From Planctomycetota bacterium (GTDB lineage: Bacteria > Planctomycetota > GCA-002687715 > DRQF01), in the NCBI GenBank assembly GCA_027001995.1, contig JALTLO010000136.1:1-43504 (forward strand): 43,504 nt of DNA, in the 5' to 3' direction. Below, one piece after another: positions 9,502 to 19,416 of this stretch; position 1 is the first letter of the stretch, and the number at the start of each line of letters is the position of its first letter. The translations under genes and the position numbers were made by a program. A model generated the notes under the pieces. The model saw only the letters and a program-made list of their open reading frames with translations, was not told the DNA's origin and searched no databases.

Positions 9502-9874
9502 GATCCGGTGACTCTCGCTGGTATTGGGCCTAGTCGAATTCGGGGAATGGAACGAAAAGAATGACCGAAGTTCGTCAAAAGTCCCTACCTAGGAAGAACT
9601 TACAAGACCGAGGGGCCAATGTCCAACTCGCCGAATGTGGATCAGCTCGTATTTCGCGGGTCGGGGTCTTTTCGAGTCCTTTCGCCACCATGGGAGGCCA
9701 TCAAAGGGTTGTGGCAGTGATAGGCGAAGTCACCGGACGGCAAAGGCCAGAGCGTAGGTGGCTTCGGTTGGTGTCCCGTTAGGGGAATCGAAGATAAGTA
9801 TAGGGCTTGTTAGACTGGGGCCCTATGTCCGCCGGATGCAAAGACCTAAGCCTGATGCCACTAAGAGAAGAACA

Positions 9875-10201
9875 ATGAAACGAACTTTTGCGCTCACCCA
9901 CCCTAAGATCAAAGTTGATCGTCTGGTTGAGGCTGCGAAATCAGACATCCGAAAATATCTCAAGCGGGAGCGCAAGCAAGAATTGCCAGAAGACGTCGAC
10001 TTTTGGGATTTCGCCTGTCGTTGTGGCCCGAGTGTTTATGAAGCGCTCCCGACTCATGTTGATGATCTAGGCAAATGCATCGTAAAAGCGGCTGCCGAGA
10101 ACCAAGAATCGATATTTGTCGAAGTCGTGACCAAACCCGGGCGACGAAAGAAGAAAGCAGCGGATTCCAAGAGAAAAACAGGTCCCAAGAAACCAAAATA
10201 G
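9875..10201 (+). CDS. DUF6172-like small basic protein
   Basis: MKRTFALTHPKIKVDRLVEAAKSDIRKYLKRERKQELPEDVDFWDF resembles DUF6172 as I recall it; start moved to ATG 9875. Confidence 0.75.
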   Translation: MKRTFALTHPKIKVDRLVEAAKSDIRKYLKRERKQELPEDVDFWDFACRCGPSVYEALPTHVDDLGKCIVKAAAENQESIFVEVVTKPGRRKKKAADSKRKTGPKKPK

Positions 10202-10251
10202 TTGGTCGAATGGGCCGGTGTTCTTTTAGCGCGTGTTGACTCCTATATTGC

Positions 10252-10698
10252 TCACGATGAGAGGCGTTCGCCAACAAGTTTCGCTACCAACTTTCCGTCG
10301 GATTTGCCTTTGACTTGGGGGGCAAGCAGTCCCATGACTTTGCCCATGTCCTTTTTCGAAGATGCGGAAGAGTCGGCAATGGCTTTTTCGATCAGGGCAA
10401 CAAGCTCTTCTTCACTCAATTGCTTGGGAAGAAACTCTGAGATAATCTCCAACTCGGCTTGTTCGTTGGCTGCCATCTCTGGACGGTCGAATTTTTCTGC
10501 CGCTTCAATGGACTCCCGTCGTTGTTTTGCCGCCTTGATGAGCATATTCAGGACATCTGCGTCGGTGGGATCTTGTCGCTTGTCGACCTCGAATTGTTTG
10601 ACTTGGGCTGAAATCATCCTCAAGGTTGCGAGCCGGAATTGTTCCCGCGCCCGCATGGCTTTCTTGATCTCGTCATTGATTTGGTCTTTGAGTGACAT
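10252..10698 (-). CDS. GatB/YqeY domain protein
   Basis: MSLKDQINDEIKKAMRA...KQRRESIE...FLPKQLSEEE...KDMGKVMG, typical of YqeY; start moved to ATG 10698. Confidence 0.93.
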   Translation of the reverse strand: MSLKDQINDEIKKAMRAREQFRLATLRMISAQVKQFEVDKRQDPTDADVLNMLIKAAKQRRESIEAAEKFDRPEMAANEQAELEIISEFLPKQLSEEELVALIEKAIADSSASSKKDMGKVMGLLAPQVKGKSDGKLVAKLVGERLSS

Positions 10699-10816
10699 GG
10701 TTGTTGCTTTCGTTTTCTTCCGAATTTGACGTGAAGCGATCATAGCGAGGCTTTGGCCGTTGGCGAATGGCAAAGTCAGGGATCTTGGGATTTACCCCAA
10801 GTCTTGGGCATGGAAA

Positions 10817-11518
10817 CTACTTCTTCATGGTAGCGCGGATCTCTCGGCACACACGGTCGATTTCGCCGTCGTCCGTTTGCGGGTTGCGGCAGGATTGAGC
10901 GTATTGGATGGCTTTCTCCGGTTTCCCTTGGGCAACGTAGGCTTTGACAGCCCAAATGTTGTAGGCCCAATAGTCTTGATGTGCGACTAAATTGATCAAC
11001 TCTCTGAAACGGTCGGATGCGAGAAGGGCACTGAAACAAGCCGTCGTCCCGTGAAAGTAATCATCGACTCCCATGTTGGGGGCGAGAGATTTTTTGGTTC
11101 GGCCCAAGAGACGGTCAGCCCAATCCCAAGCAACAGTTTTGGAAGCGCACATTTCTCCCCAGTGCTTGGTGAGCGGTTCAATGAGAAGACCCCGGTCTCT
11201 TTCGTGGGCTTCCAACAACTTCTTGAGCCACCAATGTCTTTGCTTCGAGCTTGCGTCTGCTTTGGCGATGATGGGAGCCAATGTCGAAATGGCTGTGTCA
11301 ACGGCTTTGCGAATGATGGGGGAGTGGACGTCAGAATTTTCTAAGGCCGGAGAGATTTTCTGGAGAAAAAGAACAGCACCTTCCGCAGCCAAATTGGAAT
11401 CCTTGGAAGCGATCATGCGTATTTCAGCCAAGGCCAATTGAATTTTCTTAGCCGCAAGCTGGACCCTTGGACCGAAAGCGTGGCGGTAGAATTGGTTGCG
11501 AAACATCCATTGGTACAT
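10817..11518 (-). CDS. Conserved hypothetical helical protein, possibly C-terminally truncated
   Basis: WMFRNQFYRHAFG, AAEGAVLFLQKISPALE, WGEMCAS and FHGTTACFSAL resemble a widespread uncharacterised family. AAGGAG precedes ATG 11518. Confidence 0.7.
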   Translation of the reverse strand: MYQWMFRNQFYRHAFGPRVQLAAKKIQLALAEIRMIASKDSNLAAEGAVLFLQKISPALENSDVHSPIIRKAVDTAISTLAPIIAKADASSKQRHWWLKKLLEAHERDRGLLIEPLTKHWGEMCASKTVAWDWADRLLGRTKKSLAPNMGVDDYFHGTTACFSALLASDRFRELINLVAHQDYWAYNIWAVKAYVAQGKPEKAIQYAQSCRNPQTDDGEIDRVCREIRATMKK

Positions 11519-11669
11519 TGTGATCCAACTCCTTGAGATCTTGACGACCTCTTTTCGATTCTCTCGTGACAACCTATTGTTCCAAATGTGGCCCGAACTC
11601 ACCAATGGGTTGGGCTTCACGTTCTCGCGGCCCCCAGCCCCAGAGGCGGCATAGGGCCCGTACTCTGCC

Positions 11670-12614
11670 TCAGGTGTCGTTGGCACTCTCTGGAGAATCA
11701 TCTGGACTTACTTGGGGAGGCCAGCCGTTGGGAACCAGAAAACCCCGGGTCATCTCTTCTTTGCTATCCATGGCCACAAGGTAGACCGGGCGTTCGGCCC
11801 CCAGATCTATGAGTGGGCCCAAAGGTATGGGGGGCGTTGCGGGCTCAATATGGCTTTGATCCGACAACCAATTGGGTTTTTTCAGTTCATGCCAATGCCA
11901 GCCCTTCTTTGCCCAGGTGGCGAGGAATTCGTCTGTTGTTTGCCACCATGTCCGATAGTGAGATTGAGCAATCTCTGCCTTTGTTCCAGGAGAGCCAATT
12001 GTTTCGGTCTTGTTGCGGAATTCGCCGGCCTTTGGGTAAAAGAGCTGTCCTTTTACGAATAAGAATGACTCATCGATTTCCCAGCCATATTCGCCCAACA
12101 TGGAAATGGCGGCTGGGTGTTCCGAACGTTTTGCTTGATGATTGACGATGTGTTGGATTTTGAGGTCGAGTCGATCCCGTTTCCCTGGACCGTGGAACGA
12201 AGCCATAGAGTCGATGGGCGGACAACCGAGGTAATATTTAACGGCGATTTCCCAGTGGCTGATGCGTTTGGTCCGTCGGTCTCTGACAACGAAGTCTAAT
12301 TCGCCGCGAGTCTGCTTGTCTTCTATTATCTGGAGATTCTGACCAAGGAGGTCGAAGTGACTGCTTTCATTGAGCCAGTATCCGACCAAACACTCAAAGT
12401 ACTTGCCTAACCTTGGGGTGTAGACTTTGGCTATAGCTTCTTTCAAAGGGGTTGGATCTCGGTCGAGAGCTATGAGATTGGGCAGGAATGCGTCGAACTG
12501 CCGATGGCACCAAGCTTGAGAGGCGCTCCTTGGGCTAACGATCAGAGGGGGACTGAGAATGGCCCAGGCCAAGTCGCGGACGATGAGATTTCGAAAGGCG
12601 AGAATCTTTTTCAT
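11670..12614 (-). CDS. DUF1853 family protein (PD-(D/E)xK-like motif)
   Basis: VRDLAW, RLGKYFE, GELDF, HWEIAVKYYL, GP..DRLDLK and KGQLFYP motifs; probable start ATG 12614. Confidence 0.85.
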   Translation of the reverse strand: MKKILAFRNLIVRDLAWAILSPPLIVSPRSASQAWCHRQFDAFLPNLIALDRDPTPLKEAIAKVYTPRLGKYFECLVGYWLNESSHFDLLGQNLQIIEDKQTRGELDFVVRDRRTKRISHWEIAVKYYLGCPPIDSMASFHGPGKRDRLDLKIQHIVNHQAKRSEHPAAISMLGEYGWEIDESFLFVKGQLFYPKAGEFRNKTETIGSPGTKAEIAQSHYRTWWQTTDEFLATWAKKGWHWHELKKPNWLSDQSHIEPATPPIPLGPLIDLGAERPVYLVAMDSKEEMTRGFLVPNGWPPQVSPDDSPESANDT

Positions 12615-12810
12615 GGCGTTTGTTGGCTTGCTGCGTCTCGGAGGTTTCTTTGGTCGATGGTCAAGTCGTCCCGGGATGGGGTTGAGCCTGGCTGTTTGGC
12701 TGACCCATTCTATCACCTTGTTGGAGGGTTGACGAAAGGAGGAGCATTTTGATGGCCTTGGGAGACGACAGATTACCTGAAATCCTATATCATTCGCGTA
12801 TCACCTGTCC

Positions 12811-14934
12811 TTGATTTCAATGAGTGACCATCTCATGTCCAACTTGGCGATAACTCTACGATCACCTCTTGTGGGGTTTCTTCTTCTTGCCGCCGTATTT
12901 GCTGCATTTCAACCAGCATTGAATGCCAAGTTCGTTTGGGATGATGATGATTACGTCACCGAAAATCCGAATATTCGTGATTTGGATGGTCTCATCCATA
13001 CCTGGACTTCCCCTGAGACTCTGCCCCAATATTATCCTCTGGTGCATACAAGTTACTGGATCGAATATCAACTTTGGGGCCTGAAGCCAGCAGGCTATCA
13101 CATTGTGAATTTACTTCTTCACGCTCTAGCTTCTTGGCTCCTCTTCCTCATTCTTCTTCGCCTCGAAATTCGCTGCGCAATTTTGGCGGTCTTCTTTTTT
13201 GCTGTGCATCCGGTTCAAGTGGAGTCGGTGGTGTGGGTGACAGAAAGAAAGAACTGTTTGTCGATCGTCTTCTATTTTGCCTCGATCTTGTCGTGGTTGT
13301 CTTGGTGGCCTTTGGGAGCCATCGCCCCCGAGAAAAATTCACGCTTCTATGGCTTTTCTCTGTTCTTTTTTCTTTGCGCCTTGCTCAGCAAAACGGTGAC
13401 TTGCTCACTTCCCGCAGCCATCCTCGTCCTCGTTTGGTGGAAATTGGGGCGGGTGTCCAAGGCCCATATCAGGGCTTTGTTGCCATTCTTTGTCCTTGGT
13501 CTTGGCATGGCTATGCTGACAACATGGCTGGAGAGAAATCATGTCTTAGCTCAAGGTGTTGACTGGGAGTTGAGTTTCTTCCAACGGATCTTGATCGCCT
13601 CTCGGGCGATTTGGTTCTATTTCTCTTCTATCGTTTGGCCCGTCGACTTAAGCTTCAACTACGTTCGCTGGGTGATTGACACGTCTTCCTTGGGGCAGTG
13701 GATCTATGTGGGGGCCTTCGTTCTTCTCATGGGCGGGCTAATCTTTGGACGCAAACGACTAGGGCGAGGGCCCTTGGCTGGCGTGCTTCTTTATGGCGGC
13801 ACCTTGTTTCCAGCCTTGGGGTTTATCGATGTCTATCCCATGCGCTATTCATTCGTCGCAGATCATTTTCAATATTTGGCCACGCCATACTTGATTGTTC
13901 TCTTGCTTGAAGTGGGGCTGAAGGCAGTGGATCGATTGGGGGAAAGAGGCCGCAAGACGGCGGCGGTGTTGATGGTATCTCTCCTTCTTGCTCTCGGCTA
14001 CCTCACCTATGTTAAGAGTCAGAGTTTTCGCGACTTGCGAACTCTTTGGTCTGACACCATAGAAAAGAACCCGAGGTCTTGGTTGGCCTTGTTGAACCTG
14101 GGAGTGATTGAGCTCAACGAGGGGAATCTCGATGTTGCTGCTCGTCACTTGGAAAGAAGTTTGGAGTTAAAAAATGACGATCCGGATATCTACAATAATC
14201 TGGGCGTCCTTTATTTTCAGAAGAACGATTTGCTTCGGGCAAGGGCGTCGATGGAGAAAGCTCAGGTACTACGGCCTGAGTCCCCTCAGATATCTCACAA
14301 CTTGGGAGTGATCCTCTGGGATCTAGGAGAGCGTGACGGGGCCAAGTCTTTAGTGAGGGAAGTCTTGAAGGCAGAACCTCACTACTTGGACGCGCGGGCC
14401 ACATGGGGACGATTTCTCCTTGAAGAAGATAAGTATGACGATGCTCACAAGGCCCTTTTGTATGTGGTCGATCGACGATCTCAGGATGCTACATCACGGC
14501 TGAGATTGGCTCGAGCCCTTCGCGGTCTGCGACAGTATCAACAGGCTCTCAACCATCTGCGTGTGGTTTTACAAGCCGAACCGGGGAATGAATCTGCCAG
14601 GGAAGAGGTCGCTCTTTGTCTTCGCTCCTTGGGGAAAGATGTTTTGGCCAATGGTCAGCTCTTTCGGGTTCTTATCGACAATATTCACAGGGAGACCGCC
14701 CTCGATTCACTTGTGTCCAACTTGGCCTCCATTGATAAAGGGGAAGCGTTGGCACAGGTTGACAAATTCTTGACGGTCGATGCTTCGGTGACGCTCGCAG
14801 TAGTTGAAACCCTGGCAAAACGACTGTCTCTTGAAGGGCGAGCCCTGGCGGCAAGAGTTTTCGCCGAGAAAGCGATCGCTATTGCCAAGAGTTCGAATGA
14901 TTCTTTGGCCCTGCGTCGGCTTCGTTTGCGTTGA
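12811..14934 (+). CDS. TMTC-like membrane glycosyltransferase (GT-C fold) with C-terminal TPRs
   Basis: FVWDDDDYV, YYPL, YHIVNLLLH, FAVHPVQVESVVWVTERKN, LLSK and VADHFQY; many TM helices; TPRs (YNNLGVLY). Exact start uncertain (12811, 12820 or 12835). Confidence 0.85.
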   Translation: MISMSDHLMSNLAITLRSPLVGFLLLAAVFAAFQPALNAKFVWDDDDYVTENPNIRDLDGLIHTWTSPETLPQYYPLVHTSYWIEYQLWGLKPAGYHIVNLLLHALASWLLFLILLRLEIRCAILAVFFFAVHPVQVESVVWVTERKNCLSIVFYFASILSWLSWWPLGAIAPEKNSRFYGFSLFFFLCALLSKTVTCSLPAAILVLVWWKLGRVSKAHIRALLPFFVLGLGMAMLTTWLERNHVLAQGVDWELSFFQRILIASRAIWFYFSSIVWPVDLSFNYVRWVIDTSSLGQWIYVGAFVLLMGGLIFGRKRLGRGPLAGVLLYGGTLFPALGFIDVYPMRYSFVADHFQYLATPYLIVLLLEVGLKAVDRLGERGRKTAAVLMVSLLLALGYLTYVKSQSFRDLRTLWSDTIEKNPRSWLALLNLGVIELNEGNLDVAARHLERSLELKNDDPDIYNNLGVLYFQKNDLLRARASMEKAQVLRPESPQISHNLGVILWDLGERDGAKSLVREVLKAEPHYLDARATWGRFLLEEDKYDDAHKALLYVVDRRSQDATSRLRLARALRGLRQYQQALNHLRVVLQAEPGNESAREEVALCLRSLGKDVLANGQLFRVLIDNIHRETALDSLVSNLASIDKGEALAQVDKFLTVDASVTLAVVETLAKRLSLEGRALAARVFAEKAIAIAKSSNDSLALRRLRLR

Positions 14935-15015
14935 AATTGCGGCATCGATCCGAGGAGGCCTCATCCCTGGTGAATTGGTCCTTGACCGCATCCTCTCGTG
15001 GACGATAATGACCCC

Positions 15016-16359
15016 ATGGCCGAAAGAGTAAATGTCATTGTCTCAGACACGAAAATGGAAGCACATCTGCGGGTGAATCCGGCAGAAGGTGGCGAGGACA
15101 ATGGGGACATTGATTTCACCACAGTCCTTGAGGCTTCCGGTGTGCGTCATTCCTTGAGCAAGGCTCGTATCCTTGAATTGCAAAAGTCTCTGCTTGATCC
15201 AAGTTTTTCATCTGAGATGAAGATTGCCACAGGTCAGGAACCTGTGGCTGGTGTTGATGGAACTTTGGAGCTTCTTTTTGAGAAGGGGCCGATCCCAGGG
15301 CAGCTCTTAGATGATGGAAAAGTCGATTTCTCTGAGCGTTTGACTCTGACTCCAGCAAAGGAGGGGCAGTGCTTGGGGCGCTACCAGGAACCCAAAGAAG
15401 GGCAGCCTGGGTGTGATGTATTTGGGCGAGAGATCAAGACGAAAAAGCCTCATAATCCTCTGCCACGGTTAGGTAAGGGAGTTGTTGTCAATGAAGACGG
15501 AGAGCTAGCTGCGACCAGATCTGGACATGTGGTTTACATTGAGAGCAAGTCCCTCGATGTGGATGTCTGCTATGAGCACAAAGGTCCTGTGGGTGTAGCC
15601 TCTGGCAATCTGCATTCAGAAGGGAGTTTGGTGATAAAAGGGGATGTTGAGCCTGGCTTCAAGGTTGAAGCGGGTGCCGCCGTTCTTATCACCGGTCATC
15701 TCAATTCCGGCGAAGGTTCTGCTGGGTCGGCCATGTCGGTGGGTGGTTGCATCTATGGGCACACACAAAGTGGGGCTGGCGTTGTTACCCAGGAAGGTGT
15801 AGCAGCAAAAAACGCTCTCGGCGCCCGTATTGAAACCCAGGGCAAGATCATCGTCGAGAAAGACGCGATTGATTGCGAGTTCTGGTGCGAAGAAGCGCTG
15901 ATTGGCGATGGAAAGGTTGGGCGTTTTCGTGGTGGTCAAGTTGTGGCCTCTCGTTCATTTATCGCTGGGGAGACCGGTTCACGCTCAGGTGTGGCTACTC
16001 GAATTTCTGTGGCTCGACCCTGGGTTCTTGAACGCCGAATCAAGGAATGGGAACGGAAGTACGCTCGAGACAGTCGTCGATTCACAAAGAACAAGAATAA
16101 TGCGAACGGCCGTGGCAAAGGTGGAAAGATGGCCCGCGCTCAGTCGAAGAAACAAATGGAGTTGACCAGTCTCATAGTCGAGATGCGACGTGCCTCCCGT
16201 TTGCTTTTGAAGGAGTCTTTCGTCGACATTGGTCGGGCTTATGGGGGAACGATATTGGAATTCGGAACTCTTGAACTTGGGATTGTCGAAGAGACGCTCA
16301 ATGCACGCTTCAAGTATGATGCGAGCCAAAGAAAAATACTCGTGGAGAAGTTGAAATGA
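15016..16359 (+). CDS. FapA family protein (DUF342)
   Basis: VSDTKMEAHL, IATGQEPVAGVDG, GKVDFSE, G.PG.DVFGREI, V...SGNL...GSLVIKGDV..GFKVEA, GGQV and G...GVATRI motifs. Confidence 0.85.
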   Translation: MAERVNVIVSDTKMEAHLRVNPAEGGEDNGDIDFTTVLEASGVRHSLSKARILELQKSLLDPSFSSEMKIATGQEPVAGVDGTLELLFEKGPIPGQLLDDGKVDFSERLTLTPAKEGQCLGRYQEPKEGQPGCDVFGREIKTKKPHNPLPRLGKGVVVNEDGELAATRSGHVVYIESKSLDVDVCYEHKGPVGVASGNLHSEGSLVIKGDVEPGFKVEAGAAVLITGHLNSGEGSAGSAMSVGGCIYGHTQSGAGVVTQEGVAAKNALGARIETQGKIIVEKDAIDCEFWCEEALIGDGKVGRFRGGQVVASRSFIAGETGSRSGVATRISVARPWVLERRIKEWERKYARDSRRFTKNKNNANGRGKGGKMARAQSKKQMELTSLIVEMRRASRLLLKESFVDIGRAYGGTILEFGTLELGIVEETLNARFKYDASQRKILVEKLK

Positions 16360-16754
16360 AATCGTTTACATCCATGACCGCGGCGGAAGTGATGACGTCA
16401 CCATGCCTATTTGTTCCGTCTGGAGAGACACTTCGAGGGGCGGCTCAGTTGATGAACGAGAAGCGCTGTCATTCCTTGATGGTTGCCATCGACGGGAAAA
16501 GCCCGGGATTAGGGATCATCACTTGTAAGGATATTGTCCAAGTTTTAGCGGATGAAGAAGCGGATGTTTTGGATGAACTTTTGGTGGGTGACTATATGAC
16601 GACTCCCTTAGTCACTGTGCAGAAAGATATGGCCTTAGATCAATGCATTGGATTAATGCGCATGACTGGGACGCGGCGAGTGCCGGTCATGGACGGAAGC
16701 AAGCTACTTGGTCTATTGAGTTTCACGGATCTTCTGAAACTGGTTTCTCAGTAG
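16356..16754 (+). CDS. CBS domain pair protein
   Basis: AAEVMTSP, GIITCKDI, VGDYMTTP, RRVPVMDGSKLLGLLSFTDL; ATGA overlap with FapA. Confidence 0.92.
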   Translation: MKSFTSMTAAEVMTSPCLFVPSGETLRGAAQLMNEKRCHSLMVAIDGKSPGLGIITCKDIVQVLADEEADVLDELLVGDYMTTPLVTVQKDMALDQCIGLMRMTGTRRVPVMDGSKLLGLLSFTDLLKLVSQ

Positions 16755-16888
16755 CTCCTGGATGCCTCAAGGCCGTGGCTGAGGTGAGATAGGAAGAGCC
16801 CGCGAAGAATGTTCTCGCAGGCCCTCCAGGCGACGGTCACCTTCAAATGCATGAAAGAGGTGACACGAATCACTCATCCATGAGCGTA

Positions 16889-17224
16889 TTATTTGAGTCG
16901 GCTGCGGCGGGAGTTGCCCCGAGTGAGACGACGCTTGCTACCACTGCTCTGCTGAGTTTCTTCGTTGAATTTGCTCCGTCGGGTTTGCAGTTTTGGACCC
17001 ACAGGGGCCTTGCCGCGCTCATCAGCAGCCATCGCCATTTCCAAAGCGGGTTCTTGGCGTTGCCAGTTGAGGGTTTCTTCCAAAGTTTTCAGCTCATATC
17101 CGCCTCCAACTTCGAGAACACGATGAATGGAGCTGCAGGCATCGCACTTCCATTTTGTACCCTCGGCGTTCTCCGGAAGTTGGTGGTCATTTCGGCAAAC
17201 AGGACAAGTCACTAAGTTCTTCAT
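16889..17224 (-). CDS. Small zinc-ribbon protein with basic tail
   Basis: CPVC-x16-CDAC at the N-terminus; Arg-rich C-terminus. Confidence 0.6.
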   Translation of the reverse strand: MKNLVTCPVCRNDHQLPENAEGTKWKCDACSSIHRVLEVGGGYELKTLEETLNWQRQEPALEMAMAADERGKAPVGPKLQTRRSKFNEETQQSSGSKRRLTRGNSRRSRLK

Positions 17225-17442
17225 CGTGGACGTTTCTTCCTTCTATTGGTGAGACAGAATTGGATTTTTGGACAAGGGTGATGGAGGGGAGATTACAAAT
17301 CGGCACGGCCCGGGCGAATAAAAAATCACTTTTCACCTTAAATGGCCGTCGGCAGGGTGTGGGGAAAGCGGCTATTTCCCTCTATTCATGGGGTTGAGGG
17401 GGATTTGAAGCCCTGGTGATGGCGGCAAAAAGACGAATCCTC

Positions 17443-19140
17443 TCATACCAGGATCGATGGCGGCCTTAATTCGGTCAGTCCCAAGGAGGAGAAATTGGCC
17501 TCGATGGAGTTTGTCGCTTGAGGCACTGACTTAAGGGGGACGGGGATCTTGGGTGGGGTTTGCCCTTGTTTGAGTTTCTCGTAGCAGTGTGGCCCGGGTG
17601 AAAGCTCATTGGCCAGTTTGCCCACCGCCTGAATGATTGCCAAATCGGAACTCTTGGCAAATAGTTCCGCTAATTGGGGACTCACTCCAGGGACTTGCCT
17701 TCCTACTTGCTCCACAAAAGGGGCATTCCAGGCTTGGGCTATGAGCTTGCGACCTCGATTGAGTTGCTGCACGAGCGCTTCTTTTTCGTAGCTATACTGT
17801 CCTCCCAAACTCTGGTAGAGGCAGTCGCTATTCCAGTCGGACCGGAGAGGGTGTTCAGCTTTGTCGAACAACAAGTTGCGAGATTCACTGGCATCGTAGC
17901 GCAAGTCATAGAGCTCTTCTTGCAAGCCCGTGACAGCAGTTGCGGGACTATAGTGGGCTATGTACTTCCAGTCATCGAACCGGACAGCCGTGACGCGATG
18001 AGGTTGCAGAGGATAAAGCGTGTCCATGAAGAGAACGGGGAGTGGGGTGATCTTGTGACCAAGAAGAAGGTCGCGTATTTGGATGTTGGAGTAAGCGCCT
18101 TTCACTACACCAACTCCCGCACCTGTCACGAAACAGGGAACACCTACTTGAGGTTGGTAGGGAAAGAATGCATGAGAGAATAAGTGGCTGTTCTCTCCCA
18201 GGGAATTGCCGTGGTCTGCACAAACCAGAAGTGTCGTCCGCTCTAAGTCGACGTGATCCAAAATGTGGCCTAAAGCTCGATCGCAATCCCAAACGAAACG
18301 CTCCATGCCGTTGCGCCATGTTGATTTGAGTTTGGGATCACAGCCTTTGAGAGGAAAGGCATGGGAGAAAATGAAGCAGGGCTCATCAGCCTTGGCTAGA
18401 ATTTCGGCGACGGTCTCCGCCATGACCATGGTGGTGAACTGCGCTTCGGGTATGGGGATGCAAGTGACATGGGGACCAGCATGTATTTTCTGCCAATATT
18501 CGTCGATGAAGGAATCGCTGGAAACAAAAAAGCATTTCTTTCCCAAGCGATGCATTTCCATGAACAGATTGTCATCAAACCAAGAGGTATCGGAATAGTT
18601 AGCCCGATCGAAATGGTGGGGGAATCTGCCACTGACGGCGGCCGAAAGGGAAAACGCTGTGGAGCATCCGGCGCTGCTCATGTCTAAGAATTTCTGACTC
18701 ATTTGTGCAAGGCGGCTGAAATTCGGCGATGGATAGCCACCACCATAGCACTCGAACCATGCTCGGTTTTTGGATTCTAAGGAATAGTACAGGACGTGCT
18801 TCTTGGGAATCACCGTGATTCCCTGAGTTTCTGGGGTAGAGATTTCCGGGCCCGGGAATGATGGGGCCTGGTGCAGCGCCTCTAGGTTTTCTCTTGTTTC
18901 TTCGGAATTCTCATTGAGTTCGAGGGAGCGAGAAAGGCAATCATGGGCTTCTTGCCATTCAGAACGGCTGAAGTGGATGCACCCGAGGTCGTTGAGAATT
19001 TGAGCTTGGAGGAGGCGGGGAACACCTGGATCCTTCAACAATCGGCGATAAATTCTCGATGCTTTGGATATGTCGCCGGATTCTGCAGCGTGGAGAGCGA
19101 ATTCGTAACTCTCGTCATTGTCGCCGTGTATGGCACTCAT
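17443..19140 (-). CDS. TPR plus sulfatase-like (alkaline phosphatase superfamily) hydrolase/transferase
   Basis: N-terminal TPR (ILNDLGCIHF...LSRSLELN); SPNFSRLA, ADHG, WKYI and EELYDLRYDASESRNL motifs of the sulfatase fold; no CxPxR motif. Confidence 0.75.
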   Translation of the reverse strand: MSAIHGDNDESYEFALHAAESGDISKASRIYRRLLKDPGVPRLLQAQILNDLGCIHFSRSEWQEAHDCLSRSLELNENSEETRENLEALHQAPSFPGPEISTPETQGITVIPKKHVLYYSLESKNRAWFECYGGGYPSPNFSRLAQMSQKFLDMSSAGCSTAFSLSAAVSGRFPHHFDRANYSDTSWFDDNLFMEMHRLGKKCFFVSSDSFIDEYWQKIHAGPHVTCIPIPEAQFTTMVMAETVAEILAKADEPCFIFSHAFPLKGCDPKLKSTWRNGMERFVWDCDRALGHILDHVDLERTTLLVCADHGNSLGENSHLFSHAFFPYQPQVGVPCFVTGAGVGVVKGAYSNIQIRDLLLGHKITPLPVLFMDTLYPLQPHRVTAVRFDDWKYIAHYSPATAVTGLQEELYDLRYDASESRNLLFDKAEHPLRSDWNSDCLYQSLGGQYSYEKEALVQQLNRGRKLIAQAWNAPFVEQVGRQVPGVSPQLAELFAKSSDLAIIQAVGKLANELSPGPHCYEKLKQGQTPPKIPVPLKSVPQATNSIEANFSSLGLTELRPPSILV

Positions 19141-19416
19141 TCTCTACCCCGATTTAAGAGTTCCTCTGCATGTTTATCGCGTGAATTGGGTAGAGAACTG
19201 AACAAGAATTCGCTTCCCTGGGACAAATTGTCCAGGCATACAAGGCTTCTTTGGGGATTGACAGTCGGGTAAAGGCAAAGGGCTGGTGCGGGAAATGCCT
19301 TTCTTGACGGAATCACGCCGGATTCCTACGATTGTCAGAGAAAAGCCCACCTCGTCGTTCATGATCGTCTTGATGGTCTTGAGCTGAGAGAAACAGGGGC
19401 TCACCCTCATATTCAT

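Noticed and set aside
9800..9826. Hairpin ATAGGGC...GCCCTAT upstream of the DUF6172-like gene
   Set aside because: A 7-bp stem with no T tract could arise by chance.
10202..10729. 175-aa Ser-rich plus-strand ORF
   Set aside because: Antisense shadow of YqeY.
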